A stretch of 64,000 nucleotides of DNA from contig OZ241996.1 in the NCBI GenBank assembly GCA_965204535.1, positions 1,120,001 to 1,184,000 of the forward strand, read 5' to 3'. The first letter of the stretch is position 1. Each line of letters starts with the position of its first letter. The notes under the pieces are model-generated. The model was not told where the DNA came from. It did no database searches and saw nothing but the letters and a program-made list of their open reading frames with translations. This DNA comes from a bacterium. Its GTDB lineage: Bacteria; UBA8248. Shown here one piece after another: positions 10,005 through 20,801 of the stretch. The position numbers and the translations under genes were made by a program.

Positions 10005-10273
10005 GCCACAGACCTCACCGAGCTTTTCACAACCTCATTTCAGCAGGAATGTATCACCTTTCTCGATTCAGCCCATAGACCGGATTCAGCCGTATCCCCC
10101 ACCCACCCCCAATCCTTGCCGTTCCATCCCTTCCGTGCTAGGTTTCCGGCTCATGGAATGTGAATAACCGCGCAGCTTGCGATAAACTGCATCAGGGAAG
10201 CCATGCAACTGACTGAAACATAACTGCTAACGGATATTTTAATTGCTATCCCACATCACTCTTGAGGAATTTC

Positions 10274-11449
10274 ATGGCGTCAATCAATATCGAACGCGCG
10301 CACAGGCTCAAGCGCTTGCCTCCCTATCTCTTCGCCGAAATCGACCGGATGAAGGCAGAAGTCGCCGATTCGGGCATGGACATCATCAGTCTCGGCATCG
10401 GCGACCCGGATCTGCCGACCCCGACCCACATCATCGAAGAACTGGACGTGGCCTCGCGAAAGCTCACGAACCACCAGTATCCCTCCTATGAGGGCATGCC
10501 GTCCTACCGCAAGGCCGTGGCCGACTGGTACGGGTCGCGGTTCGGGGTCGCTCTCGACCCGGCTTCCGAGGTCATCTCCTTAATCGGCTCGAAAGAGGGC
10601 ATTGCGCATATTCCGCTTGCGTTCGTGGACCCGGGCGACCACGTGATCGTGCCGGATCCGGCCTATCCGGTCTATGAGATCGGCACCTATTTCGCGGACG
10701 GGCAGGTGCACTTCATGCCCCTCCTCAAGGAAAACGATTTTTTGCCCGATCTGGGCGCGATTCCCACGGACGTGGCGAAGAACACCAAGCTCATGTTTAT
10801 CAACTACCCGAACAACCCCACCGCGGCCTGCGCGGAAGTGGATTTCTACAACGCGCTCGTCGAGTTCGCCCGGGCGTATGACATCATCGTCTGCAGCGAC
10901 AACGCCTACTCCGAGATGGCTTTTGACGGTTACGAGCCCATCAGCTTCCTGAGCGCGGAGGGTGCGAAGGACGTGGGCGTCGAGTTCCATTCGTGCTCGA
11001 AGACCTACAACATGACCGGCTGGCGCATCGCCAGCGCCGTGGGGAACGCGGAGGTACTGGCGGGTCTCGGTGCCATCAAGACGAACGTGGACTCGGGCGT
11101 GTTCGGTGCGGTGCAGGAAGCGGGCATCAAGGCGATGAGCGCGGACCAGTCCTGCGTGGCCGAAATGCGCAAGATGTACCAAGGCAGGCGGGACGTCGTG
11201 ATGGAGGGTCTCAAGAAACTGGGCCTTCAGGCGAATACGCCCAAGGCCACGTTCTATGTCTGGGTACGGTGCCCCGAGGGCTTTACGTCGGCCGAGTTCA
11301 CGGCGCACGTTTTGAGAAACTGCGGCGTCGTCACCACGCCGGGGAACGGTTTCGGCCCCTCGGGCGAGGGGTATATTCGTTTCGCCCTGACGGTTCCGGA
11401 AGCCAGGCTCAAAGAAGCGCTCGAGAGAATCGAGAAGGCGGGCTTTTGA
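10274..11449 (+). CDS. dapL: LL-diaminopimelate aminotransferase (class I/II PLP)
   Basis: [36 protein letters not shown]; dap gene context. Confidence 0.85.
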   Translation: MASINIERAHRLKRLPPYLFAEIDRMKAEVADSGMDIISLGIGDPDLPTPTHIIEELDVASRKLTNHQYPSYEGMPSYRKAVADWYGSRFGVALDPASEVISLIGSKEGIAHIPLAFVDPGDHVIVPDPAYPVYEIGTYFADGQVHFMPLLKENDFLPDLGAIPTDVAKNTKLMFINYPNNPTAACAEVDFYNALVEFARAYDIIVCSDNAYSEMAFDGYEPISFLSAEGAKDVGVEFHSCSKTYNMTGWRIASAVGNAEVLAGLGAIKTNVDSGVFGAVQEAGIKAMSADQSCVAEMRKMYQGRRDVVMEGLKKLGLQANTPKATFYVWVRCPEGFTSAEFTAHVLRNCGVVTTPGNGFGPSGEGYIRFALTVPEARLKEALERIEKAGF

Positions 11450-11955
11450 GCAATAAAGCGCGCGCTTTCATCGGCGCGGGCGCGAACCTGGGTGAGCCGG
11501 CTCGCCAGATTCGGCAGGCGCAAGATGCGTTGCGAAAAAGCCCGGGTATAAAATTTCTCGGCGCCTCGTCCCTCTACCGCACGCAGCCGGTGAGTCCCGT
11601 CGAGCAGCCTCCCTTCATCAATGCCGTTTTTTCGCTCGAACCCGAAATCGGCCCCAGGGAATTGCTCGCTCTCCTTCTGGAAATCGAGCAAAACATGGGC
11701 CGCGGCAGGATTGAGCGGTGGGGACCCCGGGTGATCGACCTGGACCTGCTCTTCTTCGGTGAGGAAATCATCAAGGAGCAGGGGCTGGAAGTCCCCCATC
11801 CCAGGCTGCACGAGAGGCGCTTCGTCCTCGCTCCCTTGGCCGAAATCGCACCCGGCTTCGTTCACCCCGTCATCAAAAAATCCGTTTCCGAACTGCTGGC
11901 CGGTCTCTCAGCGGGAGATTTCTGGGTCGAGAAGTTTCAAGCGGAGTCTCCCTGA
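11446..11955 (+). CDS. folK: 2-amino-4-hydroxy-6-hydroxymethyldihydropteridine diphosphokinase
   Basis: [38 protein letters not shown]; TTG start overlapping dapL stop. Confidence 0.95.
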   Translation: MSNKARAFIGAGANLGEPARQIRQAQDALRKSPGIKFLGASSLYRTQPVSPVEQPPFINAVFSLEPEIGPRELLALLLEIEQNMGRGRIERWGPRVIDLDLLFFGEEIIKEQGLEVPHPRLHERRFVLAPLAEIAPGFVHPVIKKSVSELLAGLSAGDFWVEKFQAESP

Positions 11956-11974
11956 AGCCTGAGCCGTCCTGCCG

Positions 11975-12118
11975 AGGCAACCCCCCCTTGACAGGGGGGT
12001 ATAAAAAGGCGACGCCCACTGCCGGTAGAGGGGCTTTTGTTTTTTCTTGCCCCCCTGACAAGGGGGGGTAGGGGGGGTTGCCTTTATCCCCTGAAAAAGG
12101 GCCTTATTCAACAACCCC
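11975..12118. repeat. C/G-run palindromic repeat unit
   Basis: cccccccttgacagggggg and ccccctgacaaggggggg; ends ttattcaacaacccc; second copy at 23889-23980. Confidence 0.75.
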
Positions 12119-12200
12119 TTGTTTTTCCCTCTGATTTTTAAGAAGATAGCCTACCGCCACCCATTACGGCGCATTTCGCCCGTTTTCCCGGTGAATTCCG

Positions 12201-13055
12201 ATGAAAGTCGTCGATACGCCTCAAAAAATGCGTGAGCTGGCCGAAACTCTCAGGCGGGATGACGCCCCGCTCGGGCTGGTTCCCACGATGGGAGCGCTGC
12301 ACGAGGGGCACAAAAGCCTCATCGCCCGGGCGAGGGAGGAGTGCGGCGCGGTGGTCGTGAGCATTTTCGTGAATCCGGCCCAGTTCGGGGCCGGTGAGGA
12401 TTACGACACCTACCCGAGGACTTTCGAGGCGGATCTGGAGGCCTGCCGGGAGATGGGCGTGGCCGTCGTCTATGCGCCAAGGGCGAGTTCCATGTACCCC
12501 GGCGGATACGACACCTGGGTGGACGTGCCCGGTCTGGGCGCGCCCCTTTGCGGGAGCCACCGGCAGGGGCATTTCCGCGGCGTGGCCACGGTCGTGCTCA
12601 AGCTGCTCACGGCCTGCCTTCCGCACCGGGCCTATTTCGGCGAGAAGGATTACCAGCAACTCGTCCTGATCCGCCGGATGACGGAAGACCTCGACTTAGG
12701 CATTGAGATCATTCCCTGCCCGATAGTCCGAGAAGACGACGGGATGGCGCTCAGCAGCAGGAACGCCTACTTGTCGACGGATGAGCGGTCGCGCGCGCGC
12801 GCCATCAGCGGCGCCTTGTTCGACGCGAAAAAGAAGGTGGCGGCCGGGGAGAGACTTTCCGCCGCCATCGTTCGGGCTTGCGTGGATGAGTTGGAAAAGG
12901 TTGAGGCGAGGGTCGATTATGTGGAAATCGTGGAACCGGCGACGCTCGAAAGGGTAGAGAAGATAAACGGCGCCGCCCGGATGGCCGTGGCGGCCTATAT
13001 CGGCGAAACCAGACTGATCGACAACATCTTGCTGGAGCCTGACGATGAGGCGTAG
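12201..13055 (+). CDS. panC: Pantoate--beta-alanine ligase
   Basis: VPTMGALHEGH, SIFVNPAQF, FGEKDYQQ, ALSSRN, RLIDN. Confidence 0.97.
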   Translation: MKVVDTPQKMRELAETLRRDDAPLGLVPTMGALHEGHKSLIARAREECGAVVVSIFVNPAQFGAGEDYDTYPRTFEADLEACREMGVAVVYAPRASSMYPGGYDTWVDVPGLGAPLCGSHRQGHFRGVATVVLKLLTACLPHRAYFGEKDYQQLVLIRRMTEDLDLGIEIIPCPIVREDDGMALSSRNAYLSTDERSRARAISGALFDAKKKVAAGERLSAAIVRACVDELEKVEARVDYVEIVEPATLERVEKINGAARMAVAAYIGETRLIDNILLEPDDEA

Positions 13056-15708
13056 TCTCCTCATTATCGCGGCGCTCGTCCTGGCGGGGTCCGCCCTCGC
13101 GCCGGCATCCCTGGTTCGGGCGCAATTCAAGGAAACCCCGCAGTCTCATCTCGAATTCGCCCTGAACACCTACCGGGACGGGTTTTACGAGCCTGCGATT
13201 GACGCCTTCCGGGCCTACTTGAAAGCGGCGGGCAACAGCAAGGCGGCTTCGATCGTGCGTTATCTGCTCGCCGAGGCGCTGCGTCGTGAGGATCGACTGG
13301 GAGAAGCGGTCGCCGCGTATCAGACGTTCCTCAAACGTCATCCCCGCCACGAAAGGGCCGGCGAGGTTCAGTTCCGCATCGGCGTGCTCGCCGAGCGGAT
13401 CGGGGAGGAGAAAGAGGCGATCCGCGCCTATTCTTCCGTAAAGCTTGGGCGCTACCGGATAGAGGCCGTCTACCGGGTCGCCGCGCTCAGGCTGGCGGCG
13501 CGCGAGTGGCGGGGCGCGGTCGCCGCGCTCGATGAATTCATCAAGTCGGTACCCAAAGACCCACGGGCGGAAGATGCCCTATTCGAGCGGGCCATCGCCC
13601 TGGATCACATACCGCTGATCAAGGAGGCCGAGAAGGCCTACAGCCTGGTCGTGCGCCGTTTTCCCAAGAATCCGCGGGCGCACGCCTTCAGGCTGCGGCT
13701 GGCGAAATTACAGCTTGAGCTTAAGAAGTTCGGTTCGGCGGAGAAGACGTTTGATTCCTTGTTTCAGGGACGTCCCGGAGAAAAAAAACGCGCCGACCTG
13801 AGACTGGGGCAAGCCGCGAGTCTTTTTGCGCAGAAGAAGTACCCCGAGGCGGGCGCGGCATTCGAGGCCGTTCTGGGCATGAAACTCTCAGAATCACAGC
13901 GCAGGACGGCGGAGCGAGGCCTGGCGTCCTCATGGTGGCGCGCCGGTGAATACGCTAAAGCCGCGCCGGCCTATCAACGGTTGATTCGGGAGCCGGCCAG
14001 GGACGGGGCCTATCTCCTGTTTTTCCTGCAAAGCGTCGAAAAAGCGGGGCTTTGTGCGGAGGGGGGCAAAAAATATCTCGCCTTTGCGCTCGACGCTATC
14101 GCCAATGGCGCGCCGCTGCCTTCTTCTTCACGTTTCCGGATGGCGGATTGCCTGCTCGGCGCGGACTTGAAGAAAGAGGCGCTGGGCCAATACGGCGAAC
14201 TCATCCGTCGCGCGCCGAACACGCGCGAGGCGGTGTGGTCCGGATTGCGCCTGGCCGACCTGCTCGAAAAAGAGCCTGAGCGAAACACGCAAAAACTTCT
14301 TGAGCGGTATGGGCAGATATTGGCGTCGTTCGAGGAGCTCAGAAAATCGGAGAAAAAACTCGAGTCCGGGATCATGCGGGCCGCGTATCAAGGCGTTCTG
14401 CGGGCGGCGTTCATCCACAACGCGCGAAAGGATTGCGCCCGATCCGTCGCCCTGGTGAAAGTGGTTCCCGAAGCGTATGTCCCCCGGGCCTTACGCGCGG
14501 AGGTGGCCTTCCTGAGAGCCGAGTGCGCGTGGAAAGCCGCCAGGTTCGATGAGGCGGGCGGGTATTATCGTCAAGTCGTCCCCGGCGGGAGACGCCCCGA
14601 ACTCAGCATCCGGGCGCGGTATCGCCTGGGCGAGTTGGCCGAGAAGCGCGGCGACCATAAAGAGGCCTTGAAGCGTTTTCAGGGCGTTTTGCCGCATCTC
14701 CCTGAAAAATTAAAGCGCGAGGCGCGCTTGAAGATCGGCAACCTGTATCGCGCGCAGGGTGATTTGCGAAATGCTCAGAATTTTCTCCTCCCGCTTGCAG
14801 GCGATCAGGCGGTGAGCGCTCCGAGGAGGCGTTCGATCTGGTATTTCCTGGCGCGAAATGCCGTCAGCGCGCGGGACTGGAAGGGCGCGGATGCGGCCTT
14901 TTCGTCCTGGGACGCGCTCGCCCCGCCCGAGCCCGGCGAGGGGCTGAGGCTGTGGGCGCTTGTGTTGTTCGAGCGAAAAGACTGTGGCCGCGCCGTGAAG
15001 ATGTCCGCGCGGGCGCTGCAGCATGAGAGGACGAAGAGCGAGAAGTTGGCTTTGCACCGGCACCGGGCGTCGTGTTTTCTCAAAGAGGACAATTTGAGGG
15101 AATTCGCGGGGGCGCTGCGCCATATTCGCACCCTTGCCCCCCAGGATGCGGATGTGGCTCTGAGGCTGGGGGAAGCCTTCGAGAATCTGGGAGATAACGA
15201 CAAGGCCGCGAAAGCCTATACGGATTTTCTGGGCAAATTCCCTGGAAACGGCAAAGCGGGTATGGTGGCCTTGCGGCTTGGTACGATTGAGCTGCAGCGA
15301 AAACGGCCCGAGGCGGCGTTGGCTGCTTTTCGAATCGCCGCCAAATCGAATGACGGGAACATTTCCGGTCCCGCCCGGTTCCAAATCGCAGTGTGGTTCG
15401 AGGAAGAGGGGGAATGGAACAAGGCGCTCGATATCTTCGAGTCGTTGATGCGCTCGGGTCCGGGCCATCGGGAGTGGGTGCGCTCGGCGGCCTGGCGCGC
15501 GGCGGCGATTCGTGAATCGCGCCGGGAGTGGAAGAAGGCGATCGGCCATTACCGAAGCATTGCGGCGCTCGAGAACGGACGGGCTTCGGCGCGGATGGGA
15601 GAAGAAATCAAGAAGGCGAGATTAAGGATTCGCAGGCTTGAGTCTTACCTGGCTTCGGTCAAGGAGCGCGAATGGAAAATGAAGAATCAAAAGCCGATGC
15701 TTCGATGA
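13045..15708 (+). CDS. Exported tetratricopeptide-repeat protein (887 aa)
   Basis: Signal peptide; repeated TPR units ending in FP/HP/YP turns. Confidence 0.85.
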   Translation: MRRSLLIIAALVLAGSALAPASLVRAQFKETPQSHLEFALNTYRDGFYEPAIDAFRAYLKAAGNSKAASIVRYLLAEALRREDRLGEAVAAYQTFLKRHPRHERAGEVQFRIGVLAERIGEEKEAIRAYSSVKLGRYRIEAVYRVAALRLAAREWRGAVAALDEFIKSVPKDPRAEDALFERAIALDHIPLIKEAEKAYSLVVRRFPKNPRAHAFRLRLAKLQLELKKFGSAEKTFDSLFQGRPGEKKRADLRLGQAASLFAQKKYPEAGAAFEAVLGMKLSESQRRTAERGLASSWWRAGEYAKAAPAYQRLIREPARDGAYLLFFLQSVEKAGLCAEGGKKYLAFALDAIANGAPLPSSSRFRMADCLLGADLKKEALGQYGELIRRAPNTREAVWSGLRLADLLEKEPERNTQKLLERYGQILASFEELRKSEKKLESGIMRAAYQGVLRAAFIHNARKDCARSVALVKVVPEAYVPRALRAEVAFLRAECAWKAARFDEAGGYYRQVVPGGRRPELSIRARYRLGELAEKRGDHKEALKRFQGVLPHLPEKLKREARLKIGNLYRAQGDLRNAQNFLLPLAGDQAVSAPRRRSIWYFLARNAVSARDWKGADAAFSSWDALAPPEPGEGLRLWALVLFERKDCGRAVKMSARALQHERTKSEKLALHRHRASCFLKEDNLREFAGALRHIRTLAPQDADVALRLGEAFENLGDNDKAAKAYTDFLGKFPGNGKAGMVALRLGTIELQRKRPEAALAAFRIAAKSNDGNISGPARFQIAVWFEEEGEWNKALDIFESLMRSGPGHREWVRSAAWRAAAIRESRREWKKAIGHYRSIAALENGRASARMGEEIKKARLRIRRLESYLASVKEREWKMKNQKPMLR

Positions 15709-15715
15709 GGGATAA

Positions 15716-18700
15716 ATGATGCGATTCCCGGCGTATGATATGCGGCGCAAGCTTCTTCTCGGCCTGGCGGCGATATGCCTTGGTTGGCCGGGTGCGGAAA
15801 ATCATGCGTCGGCGCAGGGAAAAAGCGCCGCCGGTGGGGAGCAACTCACCATTTCCCTGCCTGAAGTCGTGGTGGAATCACCCAGCATCGAGCATCTCAT
15901 CGCTGCCCGCGTGCGGCCCGTGCCTCCCAAGCGACTGGGCGTTCGCCTTCCCCCCGTATTCATAAAACTTGAACCGCCATCGATTCGCCTGCCCGCCCGC
16001 CCGATACCGGTTGAGAAAAAACCGGACCAGGATTTGACGCTATACTTCGGGAGTTCGTCGGATGATTTTGTCAGCGAGAGTGAACATTTCAACACGGCGT
16101 ACGCCTATCTGCGCAAGGGCTCGCCCGTAGAGGCGCTCGTTCTTTTCGATGCTTTGGCGAATAAAACGAAGCTTCATTTCTGGCGCGCGGCGGCGCTCTA
16201 CTGGGCGGGAGAGACGCTTCTGGATTTAAGAAAACCTCAGGAGGCGAGGGTTAGAAGAGAGAGGTTGTCGAGCCTGCTGCTGGCCGACGGTCTGGACTAT
16301 GGGGCGGCCGCAAGATACGCCCTGGCGCAAGAGCGTTGCGAGGCGCGTGACTACGAGGGGTGTCTCGGTCTGCTGGAGGGGGGATCGTGGGAAAAAGGAA
16401 GCTTCGCCTATGAAGAGGCGATTTTCCTGAAAGGCTGGGCGCAGGCGAAAGCGGGCGCCGTCGATGAGGCGATCGAGACCTGGACGATGCTTGCGAACGT
16501 GAAGGGGCGGCTGACGTTTCAGTCCCGCGTGGCGCTCGGGCATATCCATCTCCAGAGAGGAGATCACGCCCGGGCGGAAAAACACTATGCGGCCGCCGAA
16601 GCGCTCGCCTCCGGCGAAGGCAAGCCTGACGAGGCGCTTCAGGGAGAAGCGCTGTACGGCATCGGGTGGACGCGGTTGTTCCTGGGCCGGGTCGAGGAGG
16701 CCAAGCGCGCTTTTTCTCTCTTCATGCGCGATCACCCGAAGCATCTACTCGAGGTTTTCGTACACGCGGGTTTGCTTTCCGCTGAAATCGAGTCGATCCG
16801 GAAATCCCGGAAAGGGTTGAAAGCGTTGAAAACCCGCCTTTCGGGATTTTCCCGCGCCAATCGCCGGAAAACGCTCGCCGGCGCTTTGCGCCTGCAACTG
16901 GCCTGGAAGTTGTTCCGGATTGGGGTGTATGAAGAAGCGTCCGTTCTGGCGGGCAAGGTAAGCGATGAGTTCCCGCTCGGCAGAATCTATCGCATCGCGA
17001 GAATCGTGGAAGGCCTCTCTCGATACCATCTCGGAAAAGTGAAGCGCGCCTACGGGATTCTGCGGCAGGGCGCGGATTACCCGCCGGTTTCCGCTCACCG
17101 GCTGGCGGAGCAGGATGCCGCCCGTTCTGCGGCGATGGGGACGGCTTTCGCCGCATTCAGGCTCCGGGATTTCAAGGGCGCTTTGAATGTGCTGAAGCAT
17201 TGGGCTTTCCTGCCGGAGAGGGGTTCCGCGGTTTCGCCGGATGGGCTGGCCATGTTGTGGTATGGGGAGGCGGCCTTCGAATTGGGCCGTCTCGATGAGG
17301 CGGCCCGCGCCTTCCGGGCGGTTCCCGAGCGGACGCCCGAGTATTACCGCGCCCTGGGAGGACTCGCGTGGGTCCAGTACCGTAAGATGAACTGGAAAGA
17401 AGCGGCGCTCGCCTTCGACCGCGTTTTCGAGCATAAGCCGGGGGGCGTCCTGGCGGCGGAAGCTCTCGCTCGTGCGGGAGAGGCCCGCTTCAACCTGAGA
17501 AACTACGACGGCGCCCTGCAATCTTTCGAAAGGATAGAGAAGAAATACAGAGGTAGCGACGTCGCCAAAGAGGCGTTGTACCAGAAGGCGAAACTGCTTT
17601 TCAGGCGCAGTCGTTTCGATGCGGCGGAGAAGAACCTTCATGTCTTTTTGAAGCGCTACCCCAAAAGCAAGGAGGTGGCCGAGGTACAATATATTCTGGC
17701 GCTGGTTCCCTTCCGCAAAGGCGATTACTCCCTGGCGCGGGAGAAACTTCTTGAGTTTCGCGAAACATATAGAGATTCCTCCCGGGCGGGCGAAGCGTAT
17801 TTGCGCCAAGCCGACGCATCATACAATGAAGGTCGCTACAGGGAGGCGAACCGGTTATATCGCCTCATGATGAACAAGTATCCTGCGCACCCGAAGTTCT
17901 CCGAAGCCGTCTATGGCCGTTTGCTCACGCACCTTCAACTCGGGGAGTATGCGAACTTCTTATCGGGCGCGCGTGCGTATGTTGAGCGGTATCCGGAGAG
18001 CAACCTGAGCATTTCCCTGGCTTTTCAAATCGGCGAGGTTTTGCTCACGCAGCGGAACACGGCAGGCGCTTTGAGGGCGTACAAGGATGTCTTCGCGCAA
18101 TACCCGCAAAACCAACTGGCTGCTCATGCCCTCTTGAGGATGGCGGGCATACATCGAAGCGAAAAAGATATCGACAAGGCCCTTGATTCATATGAGACTT
18201 TGCTGACCCGGTATCCGGCGGGCGGTTTCCGCGCCGATGGGCTGTTTGCCGTCGGGGAAACCCTGGCCGGCATCGGACGGTGCGCGGAGGCGAAGCAGAG
18301 GCTGACGGAATTCCTAGAGACGTATCCGGGCCATGACTATGAAATGCTGGCTCGATTCGCTCTGGGGCGCTGCCTGGTTCGGCTGGCCGAGGATCGCGCG
18401 GCGCTCTCTCACTTTGCGATGATCGTGAACAGTGAATTCGCGGGCGTGGATTTGCGCAGTCAATCCGCGCTCCTGGCGGCCGGGCTGTACAGGAAGCGAA
18501 GAAAATACGCCGATGCGCAGCGTGCGCTGGGCTTCGCCGTCGATTATGGAGCGCCGGAACTGGCGGCGGAGGCGTTCTTCGCGCACGCCCGGATATTCTC
18601 CGAGCGGAGAGAGCCGGGCGCGGCGGCAGAGTACTTGAAGTTGACCTATCGATACCCGGATCAGAAAATATGGGTGGCGCGGGCGTTGGGGCGGGCAGGT

Positions 18701-18850
18701 GAGTTGTATGAAAAAGCGGGGAAACGAAAGCTCGCCCTCCGGGTGTACCGGAAGCTGAGCAAAGTGGCGGAAGATACCGCATGGAAGCGGAAAGCTCGAA
18801 TCGCCATCAGGCGAATTACGAAACAAACCAGGAAGCGTGCGCGGCAGTGA
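15716..18850 (+). CDS. Exported tetratricopeptide-repeat protein (1044 aa)
   Basis: Signal peptide, Pro-rich linker, many YbgF/BamD-like TPR units. Confidence 0.85.
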   Translation: MMRFPAYDMRRKLLLGLAAICLGWPGAENHASAQGKSAAGGEQLTISLPEVVVESPSIEHLIAARVRPVPPKRLGVRLPPVFIKLEPPSIRLPARPIPVEKKPDQDLTLYFGSSSDDFVSESEHFNTAYAYLRKGSPVEALVLFDALANKTKLHFWRAAALYWAGETLLDLRKPQEARVRRERLSSLLLADGLDYGAAARYALAQERCEARDYEGCLGLLEGGSWEKGSFAYEEAIFLKGWAQAKAGAVDEAIETWTMLANVKGRLTFQSRVALGHIHLQRGDHARAEKHYAAAEALASGEGKPDEALQGEALYGIGWTRLFLGRVEEAKRAFSLFMRDHPKHLLEVFVHAGLLSAEIESIRKSRKGLKALKTRLSGFSRANRRKTLAGALRLQLAWKLFRIGVYEEASVLAGKVSDEFPLGRIYRIARIVEGLSRYHLGKVKRAYGILRQGADYPPVSAHRLAEQDAARSAAMGTAFAAFRLRDFKGALNVLKHWAFLPERGSAVSPDGLAMLWYGEAAFELGRLDEAARAFRAVPERTPEYYRALGGLAWVQYRKMNWKEAALAFDRVFEHKPGGVLAAEALARAGEARFNLRNYDGALQSFERIEKKYRGSDVAKEALYQKAKLLFRRSRFDAAEKNLHVFLKRYPKSKEVAEVQYILALVPFRKGDYSLAREKLLEFRETYRDSSRAGEAYLRQADASYNEGRYREANRLYRLMMNKYPAHPKFSEAVYGRLLTHLQLGEYANFLSGARAYVERYPESNLSISLAFQIGEVLLTQRNTAGALRAYKDVFAQYPQNQLAAHALLRMAGIHRSEKDIDKALDSYETLLTRYPAGGFRADGLFAVGETLAGIGRCAEAKQRLTEFLETYPGHDYEMLARFALGRCLVRLAEDRAALSHFAMIVNSEFAGVDLRSQSALLAAGLYRKRRKYADAQRALGFAVDYGAPELAAEAFFAHARIFSERREPGAAAEYLKLTYRYPDQKIWVARALGRAGELYEKAGKRKLALRVYRKLSKVAEDTAWKRKARIAIRRITKQTRKRARQ

Positions 18851-18887
18851 TAATCGAAGGCTCACACTAACTCAAAGGTGGGTATTG

Positions 18888-19487
18888 ATGTTTGAATTTT
18901 TGGCCAGAGGCGGGGTGTTGATGATTCCGTTGGGTGTTTGCTCCATCTTGGCCTTGGCCATTGTCCTGGAGCGGACCCTGAATCTACGCACCAGGAAAAT
19001 CATTCAACTCGATATATTGCAGCAGGTCCGGGATCTGGTTGCGGAGAACCAGGTGTCCGACGCCATAACCCTTTGCCGGCGCTATCCTTCGGTCATGGGC
19101 AGGATACTGCTCGTTACGATAGCGAATCACGACAGAAATCGGGAAGAACTCCGCTCCGTCGTGGAGGATGCGGGCAGACAGGAAGTTACTACGCTCGACA
19201 AAAATCTGGGCGCCTTGGGAACGATCGCCGCCATATCGCCGCTCATCGGGCTGACGGGTACGGTTTTCGGCATGATTCGCACCTTCGCCATCATCAGCGA
19301 GAAGGGAATCGCTCACCCTAGCCAACTCGCGGGCGGCATCTACGAAGCGCTCATCACGACGGCGACCGGACTCGTCATCGCCATACCCACGCTCATTTTC
19401 TACAACTATTTCACCAACAAGGCGGACCGCCTCATCCTGGAAATCGAAAAGCATTCCTACCGGGTCGTCGAGACGCTGAAGAGGTGA
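18888..19487 (+). CDS. exbB: MotA/TolQ/ExbB proton channel protein
   Basis: LGTIAAISPLIGLTGTVFGMI, AGGIYEALITTATGLVIAIP. Confidence 0.93.
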   Translation: MFEFLARGGVLMIPLGVCSILALAIVLERTLNLRTRKIIQLDILQQVRDLVAENQVSDAITLCRRYPSVMGRILLVTIANHDRNREELRSVVEDAGRQEVTTLDKNLGALGTIAAISPLIGLTGTVFGMIRTFAIISEKGIAHPSQLAGGIYEALITTATGLVIAIPTLIFYNYFTNKADRLILEIEKHSYRVVETLKR

Positions 19488-19494
19488 GCGAGCG

Positions 19495-19920
19495 ATGAAA
19501 TTTCGTGATATCAGGCGCGTGCGGGCCGAACCCGGCATGACGGCCATGATCGACATCATCTTCCTGCTGCTCCTGTTCTTTGTCCTGAGTTCTTCATTCG
19601 TTCTCCAGCCGGGCGTCAAAGTGGAATTGCCGCGAACTGTCACGCAGGAACACCCCGTCCGCAAGGATTTGATACTCATCATTTCGCGTGATGAAAGGGT
19701 GTTTTTGAATAACGATCAGGTCCCCCTGAAATCGCTCTGGGGTCGGTTGATAGAAGAGTTGAAGGTGCAGCCGGAGGGCCTGATCATCATTCGGGCGGAC
19801 AAGGGCGTACCGCACGGGATGGTCGTGCAGGTGATGGATATCGCCAAGCAGGCGGGCGCTCTGCGCATGTCGATTGCGACGGCGCCGACGAAACGGGTAC
19901 AGAAAAAGACGACGAAATAG
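19495..19920 (+). CDS. exbD: ExbD/TolR biopolymer transport protein
   Basis: MTAMIDIIFLLLLFF, IRADKGVPHG. Confidence 0.93.
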   Translation: MKFRDIRRVRAEPGMTAMIDIIFLLLLFFVLSSSFVLQPGVKVELPRTVTQEHPVRKDLILIISRDERVFLNNDQVPLKSLWGRLIEELKVQPEGLIIIRADKGVPHGMVVQVMDIAKQAGALRMSIATAPTKRVQKKTTK

Positions 19921-19945
19921 CCCGAGGGAGGCCGGCTCAAAGACC

Positions 19946-20791
19946 ATGAGCTTTTCACTTATCCTGACGATTCTGGTTTCCATCGCCATTCATATGGGAT
20001 TGATTCTGCTCGGCCCTGCCGTAACGCTCGGCCCGATATTCGCCGGACAAACCGAAAGAATGGAAGTCGACCTCGTGCGCCGCGAGGTTCCCATCCCCGA
20101 AGCGCTGCTGCCGAAGGTGCTGCCCGAAGTTCCCCTGCCGGAACCGCTTGATTTGAGCCGTATGCTTCAAAAGCGCCCCTTGGGCGATCGGGACCTGAAC
20201 CTGGACGTTAAGACGAAGCTCGTAGCGCCCGATCCGGGGGAGTTGCCCGAGAGCGAGCCGCTCCCCGACGCCCCGGTTTTGGAAATGCCGAAACCGGTGC
20301 TTGCGCCCGGCGAGATACCCTCGATGGGCGCTTTGCAGGCGGGCGGGGCACTGGACGAAATCGTTTTGCCGGTAGATGAAAAGGCAAAGGCGGGGGAATC
20401 AAGGGGGTTGAAGCGCAGAAAAAAGGTGGCGCTGCCGGGTTCCGAAGCGGACCGGAAAATGCTGGAGCAATTATCGCGCCTGAATTTCTCCCGCTCCGCC
20501 AGGGAGAAGAGGCGGACGAACATCGCGGGGCCGGCGGCGAGGCGGAGAATCCTGTTTCAGCCCAAGCCCCCGAAACTCGAGAGGCTCGAGAGCACGACGG
20601 AGATCGTGCTGAAGTTCTGGGTGTTGCCCGACGGCACCGTCGGCCGCGTCATTCCGACCAGAAAGGCGAGCGCCTACCTCGAGGGACTGGCTTCGAACCA
20701 CCTGAAGCGCTGGCGTTTCAGTCCGCTTCCACCGGGCGCCGAGGACAAGGAGCAATGGGGCGAGATCGCCTTCCGTTTCCTTTTACGTTGA
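19946..20791 (+). CDS. TonB-like energy transducer
   Basis: TM with SIAIH motif, Pro-rich linker, C-terminal VLPDGTV..WRFSP domain. Confidence 0.85.
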   Translation: MSFSLILTILVSIAIHMGLILLGPAVTLGPIFAGQTERMEVDLVRREVPIPEALLPKVLPEVPLPEPLDLSRMLQKRPLGDRDLNLDVKTKLVAPDPGELPESEPLPDAPVLEMPKPVLAPGEIPSMGALQAGGALDEIVLPVDEKAKAGESRGLKRRKKVALPGSEADRKMLEQLSRLNFSRSAREKRRTNIAGPAARRRILFQPKPPKLERLESTTEIVLKFWVLPDGTVGRVIPTRKASAYLEGLASNHLKRWRFSPLPPGAEDKEQWGEIAFRFLLR

Positions 20792-20801
20792 GGAGTGTGT
20801 C

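Noticed and set aside
10993-11445. N-terminal extension of FolK
   Set aside because: Overlaps dapL in another frame; TTG 11446 fits FolK length
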